Positions 20,262 to 30,086 of a stretch of DNA of 64,000 nt are shown here, piece by piece. Position 1 is the stretch's first letter, and every line of letters starts with the position of its first letter. This DNA is from an uncultured delta proteobacterium (GTDB lineage: Bacteria > Myxococcota_A > Polyangia > Polyangiales > Polyangiaceae), in NCBI GenBank assembly GCA_963782055.1, contig CAWAIF010000003.1, positions 4,864,001 through 4,928,000 on the forward strand, read 5' to 3'. The position numbers and the translations under genes are program-made. The notes below the pieces were generated by a model, which ran no database searches, was not told the origin of the DNA, and was given only the letters and a program-made list of their open reading frames with translations.

Positions 20262-21635
20262 ATGCGTAGGCTGGCGACTCTGGCAGTCATCGCGGCGGGT
20301 TCGGGGGCCCTGTTGGCAACGGCCTCCTGCGTCGGCGATTCCCCCGTCAACCCACCGCCGGGCGCGGACGGCGGGGACACGGACGCCCCGGTCACCCTGA
20401 CCGACGTCACCGGCAAGGTCGTGGACGAGGTACTGCAACCCCTCGCGGGTGCGGCGGTGCAGATTGGCGGGGCCATCGCGACGACGGACGCCAACGGCAC
20501 CTTCACCTTGCAGGCGCCGCCGAGCTACGTCGTCTCCATCGTCTACCCGTCGACCAGCACCAGCAGCGGCAAGCGAGTCGTCGTCTTCGAGGGGATCACG
20601 TCGCGGACGCCGACGCTGCAGGTCACCTACTCCAGACCCACCTTCTCCGCCAGCACGGTGCACGTCACCTTCACGACGCCCCAGGACACGCCGCTGGGGA
20701 GCGACGAGCGTTTCCTGATCAACGTCGCGGGGGACAAGAGCTCGAACACGCAGGGGTTCGTGAACGGCGGCGCCGTGCCACCGCTGGACATCCCCGGAAA
20801 CTTTCTCACCTGGTTCGGAGCCAACCCCCTGACGGGAAAGGCGTACGCCCTGCGGTTCAAGATGCCCTCGAACGCGGGCAGCAAGGGGGTCGCGTTGCCC
20901 GCCTCGCTGGAGAGCTTCTCCAGCGCGCCGTCCGTCAGCCTCACCGACGGCGCGAGCGAGACCATCGACTTCGGCGCTCCGCTCACCATCGATCCCGCGA
21001 CCATCAGCGGGACCATCGACTACGGAAGCTGGAAGCCCGGCTCGCTGCGCGTCACCTACCGCCCGCCGGGCGCCATCGCCGACGTCAACCTCCTGGGAGC
21101 GTGGTCGGACACCACCTTCAGCGTGCCCGCCATCAGCATCGCGAACCAGCCGAAGTTCACGACGGGCGTCGCCGTGCTGAGCGACTCTTCCGACCCGAAA
21201 GGGGCGAACGCGGTCGTGTGGAACGTCGGGCTCGCGGCCAACACAGCCAACGTCGCCCTCAAGCTGCCCGACCCGATCACGGCCACCGCGCCCGACGACG
21301 GCGCGACGGGCGTGGACTCGAGCAGCACGTTCTCCTGGTCACCGTCGACCCGCGGCGGCGGCTACATCCTGACGGTGAGCTGTGACACGCCGGTGAAGTA
21401 CGAGGCGATGGTGCTGACGGGCAGCACGTCCGCCACGCTGCCCGACACGTCGGCGCTGGGCTCGGCTCTTCCTCCCGGCGACGCGAACTGTCACTGGTTC
21501 GCGGCGGCGTTCGAGGGGTTGAACGCGAGCACGGTCGTGGGGCCCTCCGGGTGGCGGCGCTTCACCGGATTGCTCCAGAGCGACGCCAACGGCAGCTACG
21601 TCTCCACGCCGGTCCGCGGCTTCACCGCGAAGTAG
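20262..21635 (+). CDS. Lipoprotein with carboxypeptidase-regulatory-like Ig domain
   Basis: Lipobox TASC, VTGKVVD...PLAGAAV...TTDANGTFTL. Confidence 0.7.
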   Translation: MRRLATLAVIAAGSGALLATASCVGDSPVNPPPGADGGDTDAPVTLTDVTGKVVDEVLQPLAGAAVQIGGAIATTDANGTFTLQAPPSYVVSIVYPSTSTSSGKRVVVFEGITSRTPTLQVTYSRPTFSASTVHVTFTTPQDTPLGSDERFLINVAGDKSSNTQGFVNGGAVPPLDIPGNFLTWFGANPLTGKAYALRFKMPSNAGSKGVALPASLESFSSAPSVSLTDGASETIDFGAPLTIDPATISGTIDYGSWKPGSLRVTYRPPGAIADVNLLGAWSDTTFSVPAISIANQPKFTTGVAVLSDSSDPKGANAVVWNVGLAANTANVALKLPDPITATAPDDGATGVDSSSTFSWSPSTRGGGYILTVSCDTPVKYEAMVLTGSTSATLPDTSALGSALPPGDANCHWFAAAFEGLNASTVVGPSGWRRFTGLLQSDANGSYVSTPVRGFTAK

Positions 21636-22560
21636 CGCCCGACGCCCGCCGGCCGGCGAGCGGCTTCGCGTGGCGGCGCATCGAGGCCACGAGCTCCCGC
21701 AGCTCGGCGCTCTCCGGCAATCCGACGCGGCGCACCAGCCAGAAGGCCGAGGGCGCGAAGGCGCGCGACACGTCGCGCAGCACCACGCCCGGCGCGGTCA
21801 CGCGGTGGCGGGGCAGCAGGGAGAGGAAGGTGATGCCGAGCCCGCGGCGGACGTACTCGATCGCCGACGACTTGCCGTCCACCTCCACAGCGACCTCCGC
21901 GCCGTACGCGCCCAGCGTCGCGAGCACGCGCGCGCGCGTCTGCGAGGGGGAGGCGTAGAGGATCAGCCGCTCGCGCGCCATCCGCTCCGGCGAGGGCGCG
22001 CGTGACGCGAGGAGGGGGTGACGCCGCGGGAGGACGAGCCAGAGGCGGTCCTCGCAGAGTCGCACGGCGTCCAGACCTCTGGGCGATTCGCCGCCGCGCA
22101 TCACGCCGAGGTCGATCTCGCCCTCGTCCAGCCACCGGCGGCACAAGGCGCTGCCCGCCCGGCGCACCGAGACGATGAGCGGGGGCTGTCGGCGGTCGAG
22201 CTCGGTGAGCACGGGCGGGAGCAGCTCGGTGGTGACGGTGCCGGTGCACCCGAGCCGCAGTCGCCGCGGCCCGCCCACCGCCAGCGCGGGCAAGCCGTCC
22301 ACGTCGCGCAGCAGGCGGGTGGCCGCGTCGCGGAGGCGAAGCCCCGACGTGGTGGGCGCGAGGGAGGCTCCGCGCCCCTCCAGCAGCGGCGTGCCGACCC
22401 ACTCCTGGAGCGTCTGCATGCGCCGGCGCAGCACGCTGCGGTCGACGTGCAGCTCGGCGGCGGCGCGCTCGAAGACGCCCTTGCGGCGCACCGCCATGTG
22501 CCGGAGCAGCGCGCAGTACGACTCCAGGTGCAGGAGCAGCTCACCGGGGTACGGACGCAT
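21622..22560 (-). CDS. LysR-family transcriptional regulator
   Basis: FERAAAELHVDRSVLRRRMQTLQEWVGTPLL HTH; GEIDLGV; VRRGLGITFL. Confidence 0.85.
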   Translation of the reverse strand: MRPYPGELLLHLESYCALLRHMAVRRKGVFERAAAELHVDRSVLRRRMQTLQEWVGTPLLEGRGASLAPTTSGLRLRDAATRLLRDVDGLPALAVGGPRRLRLGCTGTVTTELLPPVLTELDRRQPPLIVSVRRAGSALCRRWLDEGEIDLGVMRGGESPRGLDAVRLCEDRLWLVLPRRHPLLASRAPSPERMARERLILYASPSQTRARVLATLGAYGAEVAVEVDGKSSAIEYVRRGLGITFLSLLPRHRVTAPGVVLRDVSRAFAPSAFWLVRRVGLPESAELRELVASMRRHAKPLAGRRASGATSR

Positions 22561-22649
22561 TGATGCACAGCATGCACCAATATGGTTCGTAATGCGCGTG
22601 GAACACACCCTTGTCGGGTCGCATGCTGGGGGACGAAAGGAGGCGCCCG

Positions 22650-23132
22650 ATGTTCGACGCCGCATGCTTCGTGCTGGGAGTGTTTCGAGACCGGGGGACG
22701 TACCTCGTCGTGCAGGAGCGCGACGGCACCTGGTATTTGCCCGCCGGGAAGGTGGAGGACGCCGAGAACCTGGTGGCCGCGCTCGTGCGAGAGACGATGG
22801 AGGAGGCCGCGCAGCTCGTCGGCGTGCAGGGCATCGTCGGCGTGGACCACGAGTGGCGCGTTCAGCCGCGCCCGCACGCGCGCCTTCGCTTCGTCTTCGC
22901 CGGCTACCGCGGGGTGATGCTCCCGCCCAAGGACCGGGCCGACGAGCACTCGCTGCGCGCGGAGTGGATGACGCGCGAGGCCATCGGCGCCCTCCCCTTG
23001 CGCCACCCGGAGGTGCTCGCCTGGATCGACAAGGTCGACGCGGGCGCCCCGCTGCTGCCCACCGGCGCCTACGACTGGATCGGCCCCCCCGGCCCCGCCC
23101 GCCGCGTGGTCGCCGTCACTGGCCGCGCCTAG
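22650..23132 (+). CDS. NUDIX hydrolase
   Basis: Nudix box PAGKVEDAENLVAALVRETMEEA; AAGGAGG RBS. Confidence 0.88.
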   Translation: MFDAACFVLGVFRDRGTYLVVQERDGTWYLPAGKVEDAENLVAALVRETMEEAAQLVGVQGIVGVDHEWRVQPRPHARLRFVFAGYRGVMLPPKDRADEHSLRAEWMTREAIGALPLRHPEVLAWIDKVDAGAPLLPTGAYDWIGPPGPARRVVAVTGRA

Positions 23133-23147
23133 CCATCGCGGCGCGCT

Positions 23148-23194
23148 GCTCCCGCGCTCGCTGGGTGGCGGACGTGGCTTCGGCGCGCGGGAGC
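23148..23194. terminator. Inverted repeat between convergent genes (possible terminator)
   Basis: gctcccgcgc...gcgcgggagc 10-bp stem; long loop and no U tract. Confidence 0.3.
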
Positions 23195-23259
23195 TCACGT
23201 TGCCGCAATACGATCGGGGTTCACCAGGGTCCGCGGAGCGAGCGGGCATCTCGGAGTGA

Positions 23260-23856
23260 TCACCCGGAGGGCTCCTCCCCGGCGTAGGCGCCGTCGATCC
23301 GCCGTTGCTGCCGTTCCCGCTGGTTCCGTGCGCGGCGCGCGCGGTCCTCCGCGCGCCAGAGCCAGAAGCCTCCCTCGCTGCGCCGGTCGAGGGTCGCTTC
23401 GTCCCCGAAACCAAGCCGGATACGCAAGCAGAGCGCCTCCAGGTGTCTGCGCGCGCGTGCGCAGGCGCGAGCCGCCGGCCACCGCCGCTCGCCCGGCGCA
23501 AGGGTGCCGTCGAGCGCGAGCCCGACGTGCCCCACGAGCACCAGCCCAAAGAACGCGCGACGGACGCGCCGGCGGCCCTCCGGCGTGAGAGCGACGGCGC
23601 ACTCGCGCCCCACGCGGCGCCGCTCGACGAGCCCCAGTCGTTCCAGCGAGCGCATCATGACGCTGATGGTAGAGCGCGCGACGCCGAGCCCGCGCCGAAG
23701 CTGGCTCTGGAAGTGAACGACACCCGTCCCCAGACGGTAAAGGGCGTCGAGCAGATCGAACCGAGCCGCAGTGAGCCCCATCGCTGCGAGCGCCCGCCGC
23801 GTGAGGCGCAGCGTCGCGTAATAGGCCCGCTTGATCGTGAAGAACACAGGATCCAT
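23260..23856 (-). CDS. MarR-family transcriptional regulator
   Basis: GLTAARFDLL...QSQLRRGLGVARSTISVMMRSLERLGLVER...VALTPEG. Confidence 0.8.
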   Translation of the reverse strand: MDPVFFTIKRAYYATLRLTRRALAAMGLTAARFDLLDALYRLGTGVVHFQSQLRRGLGVARSTISVMMRSLERLGLVERRRVGRECAVALTPEGRRRVRRAFFGLVLVGHVGLALDGTLAPGERRWPAARACARARRHLEALCLRIRLGFGDEATLDRRSEGGFWLWRAEDRARRARNQRERQQRRIDGAYAGEEPSG

Positions 23857-23868
23857 CCCACCCCCCAC

Positions 23869-23884
23869 AGCACACCTCGTGCCA
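23869..23884 (-). promoter_or_regulatory. Sigma54 (-24/-12) promoter candidate for the MarR gene
   Basis: TGGCACGAGGTGTGCT (GG-N10-GC), 12 nt upstream of the ATG. Confidence 0.55.
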
Positions 23885-23956
23885 CCCCCCCCTCCCTCCA
23901 GATTCCAGGCGAAACGTCGCCGTGAAAGCGTACTTGCGGTTCGACGCTGGGTGTCC

Positions 23957-24044
23957 GGGACGGGGAGAGGGGACAGGGGGGACAGGCGGGGAACGGGGGC
24001 CGGACAGGCGGGGAACGGCGGGGAACAGGGCCTGGACAGGCGGG
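23957..24044. repeat. G-rich imperfect tandem repeat (GGACAGG / GGGGAAC units)
   Basis: ggacaggcggggaacgg at 23980 and 24002; ggacagg x4; ggggaac x3. Confidence 0.6.
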
Positions 24045-24150
24045 TGAGGAGTGCGGGCGAGGACACCTGTTCATGGAGAGCGACGCTCGGCGGCGGGTGC
24101 CGCGCGCGCTGACTTCGACACCGGGCGGCGGGGTGTTATGAGAGGTCGCG

Positions 24151-24639
24151 ATGCCTCCGCCAAAGTGGCGCGCCAATCCGACGCGCACCGCCCTCCTCGC
24201 CCTCTACCGCCAGGCCGACGCCCTGCTCCGCCCGTTCTCCTGCCCCGGCAGCACAGACTGCTGCCGCTTCGCCGTGACCGGCCGCGAGCCCTACCCCACC
24301 TCCGCCGAGCTCGCCGAGCTCCTGGACGCGGCCGCCGCCTCCGGCGCCCTGCGCGCGCAGCGCCGCCGTCTCCCCCTGGCCGACCGCCGCTGCCCGCTGC
24401 TGGGTGCCGACGACCGCTGCCGCGTCTACGCGAGCCGCCCCTTCGGCTGCCGCACCTTCTTCTGCGACCGTGTGACCGGTCCGGGGCGCCTCCCGCGCGC
24501 CGAGCTGGCCGAGCTCGGCCGCCGCATCGCCGACCTCTCCGCCCGCGCCTTCCCGCGCGACCCGCATCCGCGGCCGCTCGGCAAGGCGCTCGCCGATGTC
24601 CCGGGTGCGGCGCGGCGCCTCGCCGCCGCCCGCGGCTGA
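24151..24639 (+). CDS. YkgJ-family cysteine-cluster (zinc/Fe-S) protein
   Basis: C...DCC, CPLL...CRVYASRPFGCRTFFC. Confidence 0.85.
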   Translation: MPPPKWRANPTRTALLALYRQADALLRPFSCPGSTDCCRFAVTGREPYPTSAELAELLDAAAASGALRAQRRRLPLADRRCPLLGADDRCRVYASRPFGCRTFFCDRVTGPGRLPRAELAELGRRIADLSARAFPRDPHPRPLGKALADVPGAARRLAAARG

Positions 24640-24660
24640 GCCCGGAAAGGCCACGCGCGT

Positions 24661-26946
24661 GTGGCCGCGCCACCGGATCCGCGCTATCGCCCAGGCGTGG
24701 CCAGACGGGCGCTCGCCGTTCGCAGAGCCGTGGGGGCAATCCTTGGGCGGCCGTCCGTCCTCGGCGCGGTGTACCTGCTCGCGCTGACGGCGTGGGCGTC
24801 CGCCGCGCCCATCGTCTCCGCCAACGATCGCGCGCTCGGCGCGCAGGCGCAGGAGGTGTCCACCTTCGTCGCGACGCGCTTCGCCGGGGAGATCCACCGC
24901 ATCGCCCTGGCCATCGCCGCGTGCGCCATCGCCGTCGGCGCCGTGCTCGGGGTGCTCGCGGGCCTGCTCGTGCAGGCGCGCCAGGCGGCGTGCGGGCGCG
25001 CTCCGCTGCGCGGTACGAGGCGCGCCGTGCGCACCGTCGCCACGCTCGCCGTGCTCCACGCGTGGCTCGTGCTCCACGCCATGGCGCGGACGCCGGAGCT
25101 GTACGCGCCCTCCTTCTACGCGCGCGGCGGCCTGCGGCGCACCGTCGAGGTCCTCGTCACCGACACGCTCGGCACCGGCGGCGTGAACGCGCTCGGCGTC
25201 GTGCTCCTCGTCGCGTTCTTCGCCGGCCCGCCCTCCGCGTGGCGCCTCTGGCCGCTCCGGTTCGCGTCCCTCTTCCGGCGCGCGCGCGGCGTGCTCTGGG
25301 GCACGTCCCGCACCGCGGCGGCCGCGGCCGCCATCCTCGTGGGCCTCGCCGCCGGCCTGCCCGCCGTTCGCCCGGCGCGCGCGGCCGCGTCACACCCGAG
25401 CCGCCCCAACGTGGTGATCCTCGCGGCCGACTCGCTGCGCGCCGACCGCCTCACCCCGGCGATCATGCCGCACCTCTCCGCCTTCGCCGCGCGCGGCACG
25501 CGCTTCGACCGCGCCTACGTCTCGCTCCCGCGCACCTTCCCCTCGTGGGTCACGATCCTCACCGGGCGCCACGCCCACCACCACGGCATCCGCACCATGT
25601 TCCCGCGCTGGGAGGACAGGGCGAAGGACTTCGACGCCGTGCCCGAGCGCCTCGCCCGCGCGGGCTACGCGACAGGCGTCGTCAGCGACTACGCGGGCGA
25701 CATCTTCTCCCGCATCAACCTGGGCTTCGGGTACGTCGACACCCCCAGCTTCGACTTCCGGCAGCTCATTCGCCAGCGCGCGCTCGAGCGGCAGACACCG
25801 CTCTTGCCCGTGCTCCACTCGCGCCTCGGGCGGGACGCCTTCCCGGTGCTGCGCGAGATGAACGTCGCCGCCGACCCGCAGATGCTCGCCGCCGACGCCG
25901 AGCGCGCGATCGACCGCCTCCAGGACCGGCCCTTCTTCCTCACCGTCTTCTTCTCCACCGCGCACTTCCCGTACGCCGCGCCCGCCCCCTACTACACCCG
26001 CTTCACCGACCCGGCGTACCGCGGTCCCTTCAAGTACGACAAGCCGGTCGGCCTGGGCGGTGACGACGAGGTCACCCCGCGCGACGTGCGGCAGGTCCGC
26101 GCCCTCTACGACGGCGCCGCCGCCGCCATCGACGACGCCGCGGCGCGCGTCCTCGCCAAGCTCGAGCGCGACGGCCTGGCGGACGACACCATCGTCCTCG
26201 TCACGGCCGACCACGGCGAGACCCTCTTCGACCACGGGCACGGCCAGGGACACGGCGACCACCTCTTCGGTGACGAGGGCACCCACGTGCCGCTCGTCAT
26301 CGTCGACCCGCGGCACCGCACGCCGGAGCGCGACGCGCGCATCGTGCGCGACGTGGACATCGCCCCCACCCTCTACGCGCTCACCGGCGTCGCCGCGCCG
26401 AAGGACCTGGACGGCGTCTCCCTCGCCCCTGCGCTGGACGGCAAGCCCACCCCGCCAAGCCTGGCCTACGCCGAGACCGAGCTCTGGATGGGCGACGTCC
26501 CCGCGCTGCCCGAGTCGCTGCGCCTCCCTTACCCCGGCGTGGCGCGGCTCACCGAGCTGGACCCGGAGCACGGCGACGAGATCGTCCTGCGCCGCGACAT
26601 GGAGCCCATCACCACCGTGGCGCGCCACCGCATGGTGCGTGACGAGCGCTACAAGCTCCTGTACGTGCCCACCCGCGCCCGCGTCGTCACCATGCTCTTC
26701 GACACCGTGGCCGACCCCGGGGAGGTGCACGACATCGCAGCGCAGCACCCCGACGTGGTGGCGCGCCTGCGCGGAGAGCTCTGGCGCTGGATGCTGCAGG
26801 ACCCCAAGATGGCCGAGCGCGACGGCTATCTCCTGCCGCGCGACGTCGCCTCCCTCGCCGAGCTGTCGGCGCCCGACGGCGCCATGCGCATCGACGCGCC
26901 GCCCCCCGCGACCGGGGCGTCGCGCGGCGGGGGAGCACGCCCGTGA
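24661..26946 (+). CDS. Membrane-anchored sulfatase-like (alkaline-phosphatase superfamily) protein
   Basis: N-terminal TM segments; PNVVILAADSLRAD, RTFPSWVTILTG, TADHGE, D+APT. Confidence 0.85.
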   Translation: MAAPPDPRYRPGVARRALAVRRAVGAILGRPSVLGAVYLLALTAWASAAPIVSANDRALGAQAQEVSTFVATRFAGEIHRIALAIAACAIAVGAVLGVLAGLLVQARQAACGRAPLRGTRRAVRTVATLAVLHAWLVLHAMARTPELYAPSFYARGGLRRTVEVLVTDTLGTGGVNALGVVLLVAFFAGPPSAWRLWPLRFASLFRRARGVLWGTSRTAAAAAAILVGLAAGLPAVRPARAAASHPSRPNVVILAADSLRADRLTPAIMPHLSAFAARGTRFDRAYVSLPRTFPSWVTILTGRHAHHHGIRTMFPRWEDRAKDFDAVPERLARAGYATGVVSDYAGDIFSRINLGFGYVDTPSFDFRQLIRQRALERQTPLLPVLHSRLGRDAFPVLREMNVAADPQMLAADAERAIDRLQDRPFFLTVFFSTAHFPYAAPAPYYTRFTDPAYRGPFKYDKPVGLGGDDEVTPRDVRQVRALYDGAAAAIDDAAARVLAKLERDGLADDTIVLVTADHGETLFDHGHGQGHGDHLFGDEGTHVPLVIVDPRHRTPERDARIVRDVDIAPTLYALTGVAAPKDLDGVSLAPALDGKPTPPSLAYAETELWMGDVPALPESLRLPYPGVARLTELDPEHGDEIVLRRDMEPITTVARHRMVRDERYKLLYVPTRARVVTMLFDTVADPGEVHDIAAQHPDVVARLRGELWRWMLQDPKMAERDGYLLPRDVASLAELSAPDGAMRIDAPPPATGASRGGGARP

Positions 26947-29606
26947 GCCTCCTCGGTCGCGCCCTGCTCGGAGGCCTCACCCTCGCCGCCGGGATGCTCG
27001 CCTACCGCCTCGGCGGCGGCGCCGACGCCCGCATCCCGCCCCCCGCGCCGAAGCCTGCGGCCATCACCGCGCCCGCCGCCCCCGGCGGCGACGGCGACGA
27101 GGTGCGCCTGCGACTGCTCGACGCGATGAAGGACGCGCGCGTCGACGCGCCCCAGCTCCGGAGCGGCCTTCTGCTGCTGCGCGCCCACTGGCGCAAGATG
27201 CAGGCGCCCTGGGCCAATCTCTCCGGCACCGCGCGCGAGCTGGGCCTCTCCATCGCCCTGCGCACCAGCCGCCACGAGGCGCAGTGGGTCGTTCCGACCG
27301 GCAGCGGCAAGGTGTGGGCGCCGAGCGCGCGGGTCTGGAACCTGAGCGAGGGAAGCTACGACCAGCGCGAGGCCATCTTCGCCCCCACGCCGGCGAGCAT
27401 CACCTTCCACCTCACCGTCCCGCCCCAGGCGCGGCTCACCTTCGCGCCGGGCACCGTCAACGCGCGCGGCGACGCCACCGTCTTCTCGGTGAGCGTCGTG
27501 GACTCCCGCGGCACCCGCACGCGCGTCTACGAGAAGCGCTTCCTCCCCGAACAGACGGCGGCGTGGGGGGAGGAGCAGAGCGCCGACCTCTCCGCCTTCG
27601 CCGACCAAGACGTGGACCTGGTCCTGGAGACGCGCGCGGACCGCCGCGCTCCGGGCGAGCACCCGCCGCGCGAATCGCGGGACGCGGGCCCCCCCGACGC
27701 CGAAGGCCGACCGGGGCTGAGCCTGGCGCTCTGGGCCGACCCCACCGTCCTGTCGCACGGGCCGACGCGCCTGCCGTACAACGTGCTCTTCATCGTCATC
27801 GACGCCCTGCGCGCCGACGTGCTCTCCACCTTCCACGACGACGCCGAGGACCGCGCGAAGCGCGCCGCGCGTTACCCGCCCGGCGAGGCCCTCTTCCCGA
27901 AGGTGCCCGGCATCGTCCCCAACCTGGACGCCCTCGCCATGCGCGGCGTGCGCTTCACCCACGCCTACTCCGGCGGCGCGTGGACGCGGCCCGGCACCCT
28001 CGCGATGCTCAGCGGCGAGCGCTCCACGCAGCTCGGGATCGACCCGCTCTCCTGGGTGCTGGCCGACCCGATGGCCGACCGCTACTACCGCTCCGACCCG
28101 CCGCAGCTCGCCCTGCTCCTGCGGCGCGCGGGCGCCGAGACGCGCGCCTTCGTCAACAACTACTTCATGGTCGGCTACGCGCCCGTCGGCATCGACATGG
28201 GCTTCGAGCGCGTCGACGACCACCGCTACCGCACGCGCGACACGGCGATCATCACCTCGCGCGCCGTCGCGTGGCTGAAGGAGCACGCCGGGACGCGCTT
28301 CTTCGCCTTCGTCAACTACAACAGCCCGCACGCGCCGCTCGACCCGCCGCAGCGCCTGCTCGATCGCATCCCGCCCCCGCCCGTGGGCCCGAGCGACCCG
28401 ATGGCGCGCCGGTACATGGCCGAGGCCTCCAAGGACGACGAGGCCGTCGGCGAGCTGATGCAGACGCTGGATGCCCTGAAGGTCCGCGACCGCACCATCG
28501 TCGTGGTGACCGCCGACCACGGCGAGACCTTCTCCGCGGCGCACTCCGGCATCCTCAAGCTGGACCACATGCCCATCCGCTACCACCACGCGGCGAGCAA
28601 CTTCGAGGAGAGCACCCACGTCCCCATCCTGATGAGCCTGCCCGGCGTGCTGCCCGCCGGGAAGGTCGTCGCCGACCGCATCCGCAACACCGACATCGCC
28701 CCCACCCTCCTCGAGCTCCTCGGGCAGGACCCCAACCCGAAGATGACGGGCCGCTCCTTGATGCCGCTGGTGCGCGGCGACAAGGAGCAGGATCCCCGCC
28801 TGGTGGTCACCGAGGGCCGCGGCACCCGCGGCGTGCTCCACGGCCGCTACCGCGCCATCTTCCGGGAGGGCGCGGCGCGCACGACGATCCACGGCGACCA
28901 CGAGGTCACCGTCGCGCAGCAGCTCTTCGACCTGGACGAGGACCCCGGCGAGCGCCACGACATCGCGAGGTCACACCCGGAGATTGTCGCCGAGCTCCGC
29001 GCGCGCCTCGCGGCCGACAAGGAGCGCGTCCCCGCCGCCGACGCGCACGCCGGCGTCGCGAAGGCCGACCCTTCGGCCACGCCGCGCGTCCGCTTTCGCT
29101 TCGCCGGGGCCGGCCAGGCGCACCGCATCTCCGGCAGCTTGACGTTCGAGAGCGGCGGGCCCGCGCCTGCCGTCGTCACCTTCGATCCGGTCGGCATCGA
29201 CCGGAGCGCGCTGCGGCTGGAGGGCGCCAGCCTGGAGGTGGCCTTCTCCACCGCGCCGGACGCCCCCGTCGGCTTCGACGTGCGCGTCGACCCGCCGGCG
29301 GCCGCGATCGACTGGCGGCTCACCCTGGACGACGCCCCGTGGCCCGATCACGACGTCTTCGCGGGCCCCTTCGGCCTCTTCGACGGCAGCGTGCAGACCG
29401 GTCTCGCCGACGACATGGCGCGCGCCGCCGCGTACTCGCCGGTGCTGCCGGAGATCGATCCCGCGCGCGACCTCGGCATGTTCGTGACGCGGGAGAAGCG
29501 CGGCGAGCGCTCCGGCCCGGTGCGCGAGCAGACCGCGCAGGGCGCCGCGGAGATGAACCGCCTGCTCGAGGACTGGGGCTACGCGCACGGCAAGGGCGGC
29601 AAGTAG
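26943..29606 (+). CDS. Sulfatase-like (alkaline-phosphatase superfamily) protein
   Basis: GTGA overlap with upstream gene; NVLFIVIDALRAD, WTRPGT, TADHGE, DIAPTLL, LFDLDEDPGE. Confidence 0.85.
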   Translation: MSLLGRALLGGLTLAAGMLAYRLGGGADARIPPPAPKPAAITAPAAPGGDGDEVRLRLLDAMKDARVDAPQLRSGLLLLRAHWRKMQAPWANLSGTARELGLSIALRTSRHEAQWVVPTGSGKVWAPSARVWNLSEGSYDQREAIFAPTPASITFHLTVPPQARLTFAPGTVNARGDATVFSVSVVDSRGTRTRVYEKRFLPEQTAAWGEEQSADLSAFADQDVDLVLETRADRRAPGEHPPRESRDAGPPDAEGRPGLSLALWADPTVLSHGPTRLPYNVLFIVIDALRADVLSTFHDDAEDRAKRAARYPPGEALFPKVPGIVPNLDALAMRGVRFTHAYSGGAWTRPGTLAMLSGERSTQLGIDPLSWVLADPMADRYYRSDPPQLALLLRRAGAETRAFVNNYFMVGYAPVGIDMGFERVDDHRYRTRDTAIITSRAVAWLKEHAGTRFFAFVNYNSPHAPLDPPQRLLDRIPPPPVGPSDPMARRYMAEASKDDEAVGELMQTLDALKVRDRTIVVVTADHGETFSAAHSGILKLDHMPIRYHHAASNFEESTHVPILMSLPGVLPAGKVVADRIRNTDIAPTLLELLGQDPNPKMTGRSLMPLVRGDKEQDPRLVVTEGRGTRGVLHGRYRAIFREGAARTTIHGDHEVTVAQQLFDLDEDPGERHDIARSHPEIVAELRARLAADKERVPAADAHAGVAKADPSATPRVRFRFAGAGQAHRISGSLTFESGGPAPAVVTFDPVGIDRSALRLEGASLEVAFSTAPDAPVGFDVRVDPPAAAIDWRLTLDDAPWPDHDVFAGPFGLFDGSVQTGLADDMARAAAYSPVLPEIDPARDLGMFVTREKRGERSGPVREQTAQGAAEMNRLLEDWGYAHGKGGK

Positions 29607-29628
29607 GCGCCCGCCGGGCCCGGCGTTC

Positions 29629-29985
29629 TCAGGAAGCGCGGCGCTCCGCGTCGTCGGTCGCCAGCGTGGTCCCACTGCGCGCGGGCAGCGGGAGGTTGAG
29701 CGCGGTGAAGATCTTCCGCCGCATCGCGTGGGCGGCGTCCTCGAACGCGTCGGCCATGCTGTCAGCGGCGCCCTTCGTCGCCAGCTCCGCGCCGGTCGTG
29801 AGCCGCACGCGCAGCTCGCACTGCTGCCGCGCGTCGTCGCGGCGCACGCCGAGCGTCGACCGGATGCGGAAGCGCACCGTCTCCAGGTGGGCGGACAGCG
29901 CGCCGAGCGCCTCGCGCACGACGACGTTGGCCAGGAGGCGACGCGCCTCCGAGACGGGACCGGTGCTCTCGATGACGACGGACAT
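29629..29985 (-). CDS. HPF/RaiA-like small protein
   Basis: QCELRVRL...ELATKGAADSMADAFEDAAHAMRRKI resembles the HPF beta-beta-alpha C-terminal half. Confidence 0.5.
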   Translation of the reverse strand: MSVVIESTGPVSEARRLLANVVVREALGALSAHLETVRFRIRSTLGVRRDDARQQCELRVRLTTGAELATKGAADSMADAFEDAAHAMRRKIFTALNLPLPARSGTTLATDDAERRAS

Positions 29986-30086
29986 GATCGACCCCTAGCC
30001 AGGGCACCGGCGGAGGGCCAAGTTTCCACCCCCGCGGGGGCCAGGAAGAAGGAAGCGGCGTCGCGCACCTCGCGTACCATCGGCCC

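Noticed and set aside
26060..29998. Very long Arg/Pro-rich alternative ORFs (e.g. 1312 aa here, 1002 aa at 46225, 975 aa at 39313)
   Set aside because: Shadow frames of real genes caused by stop-codon scarcity at high GC; no domain motifs.
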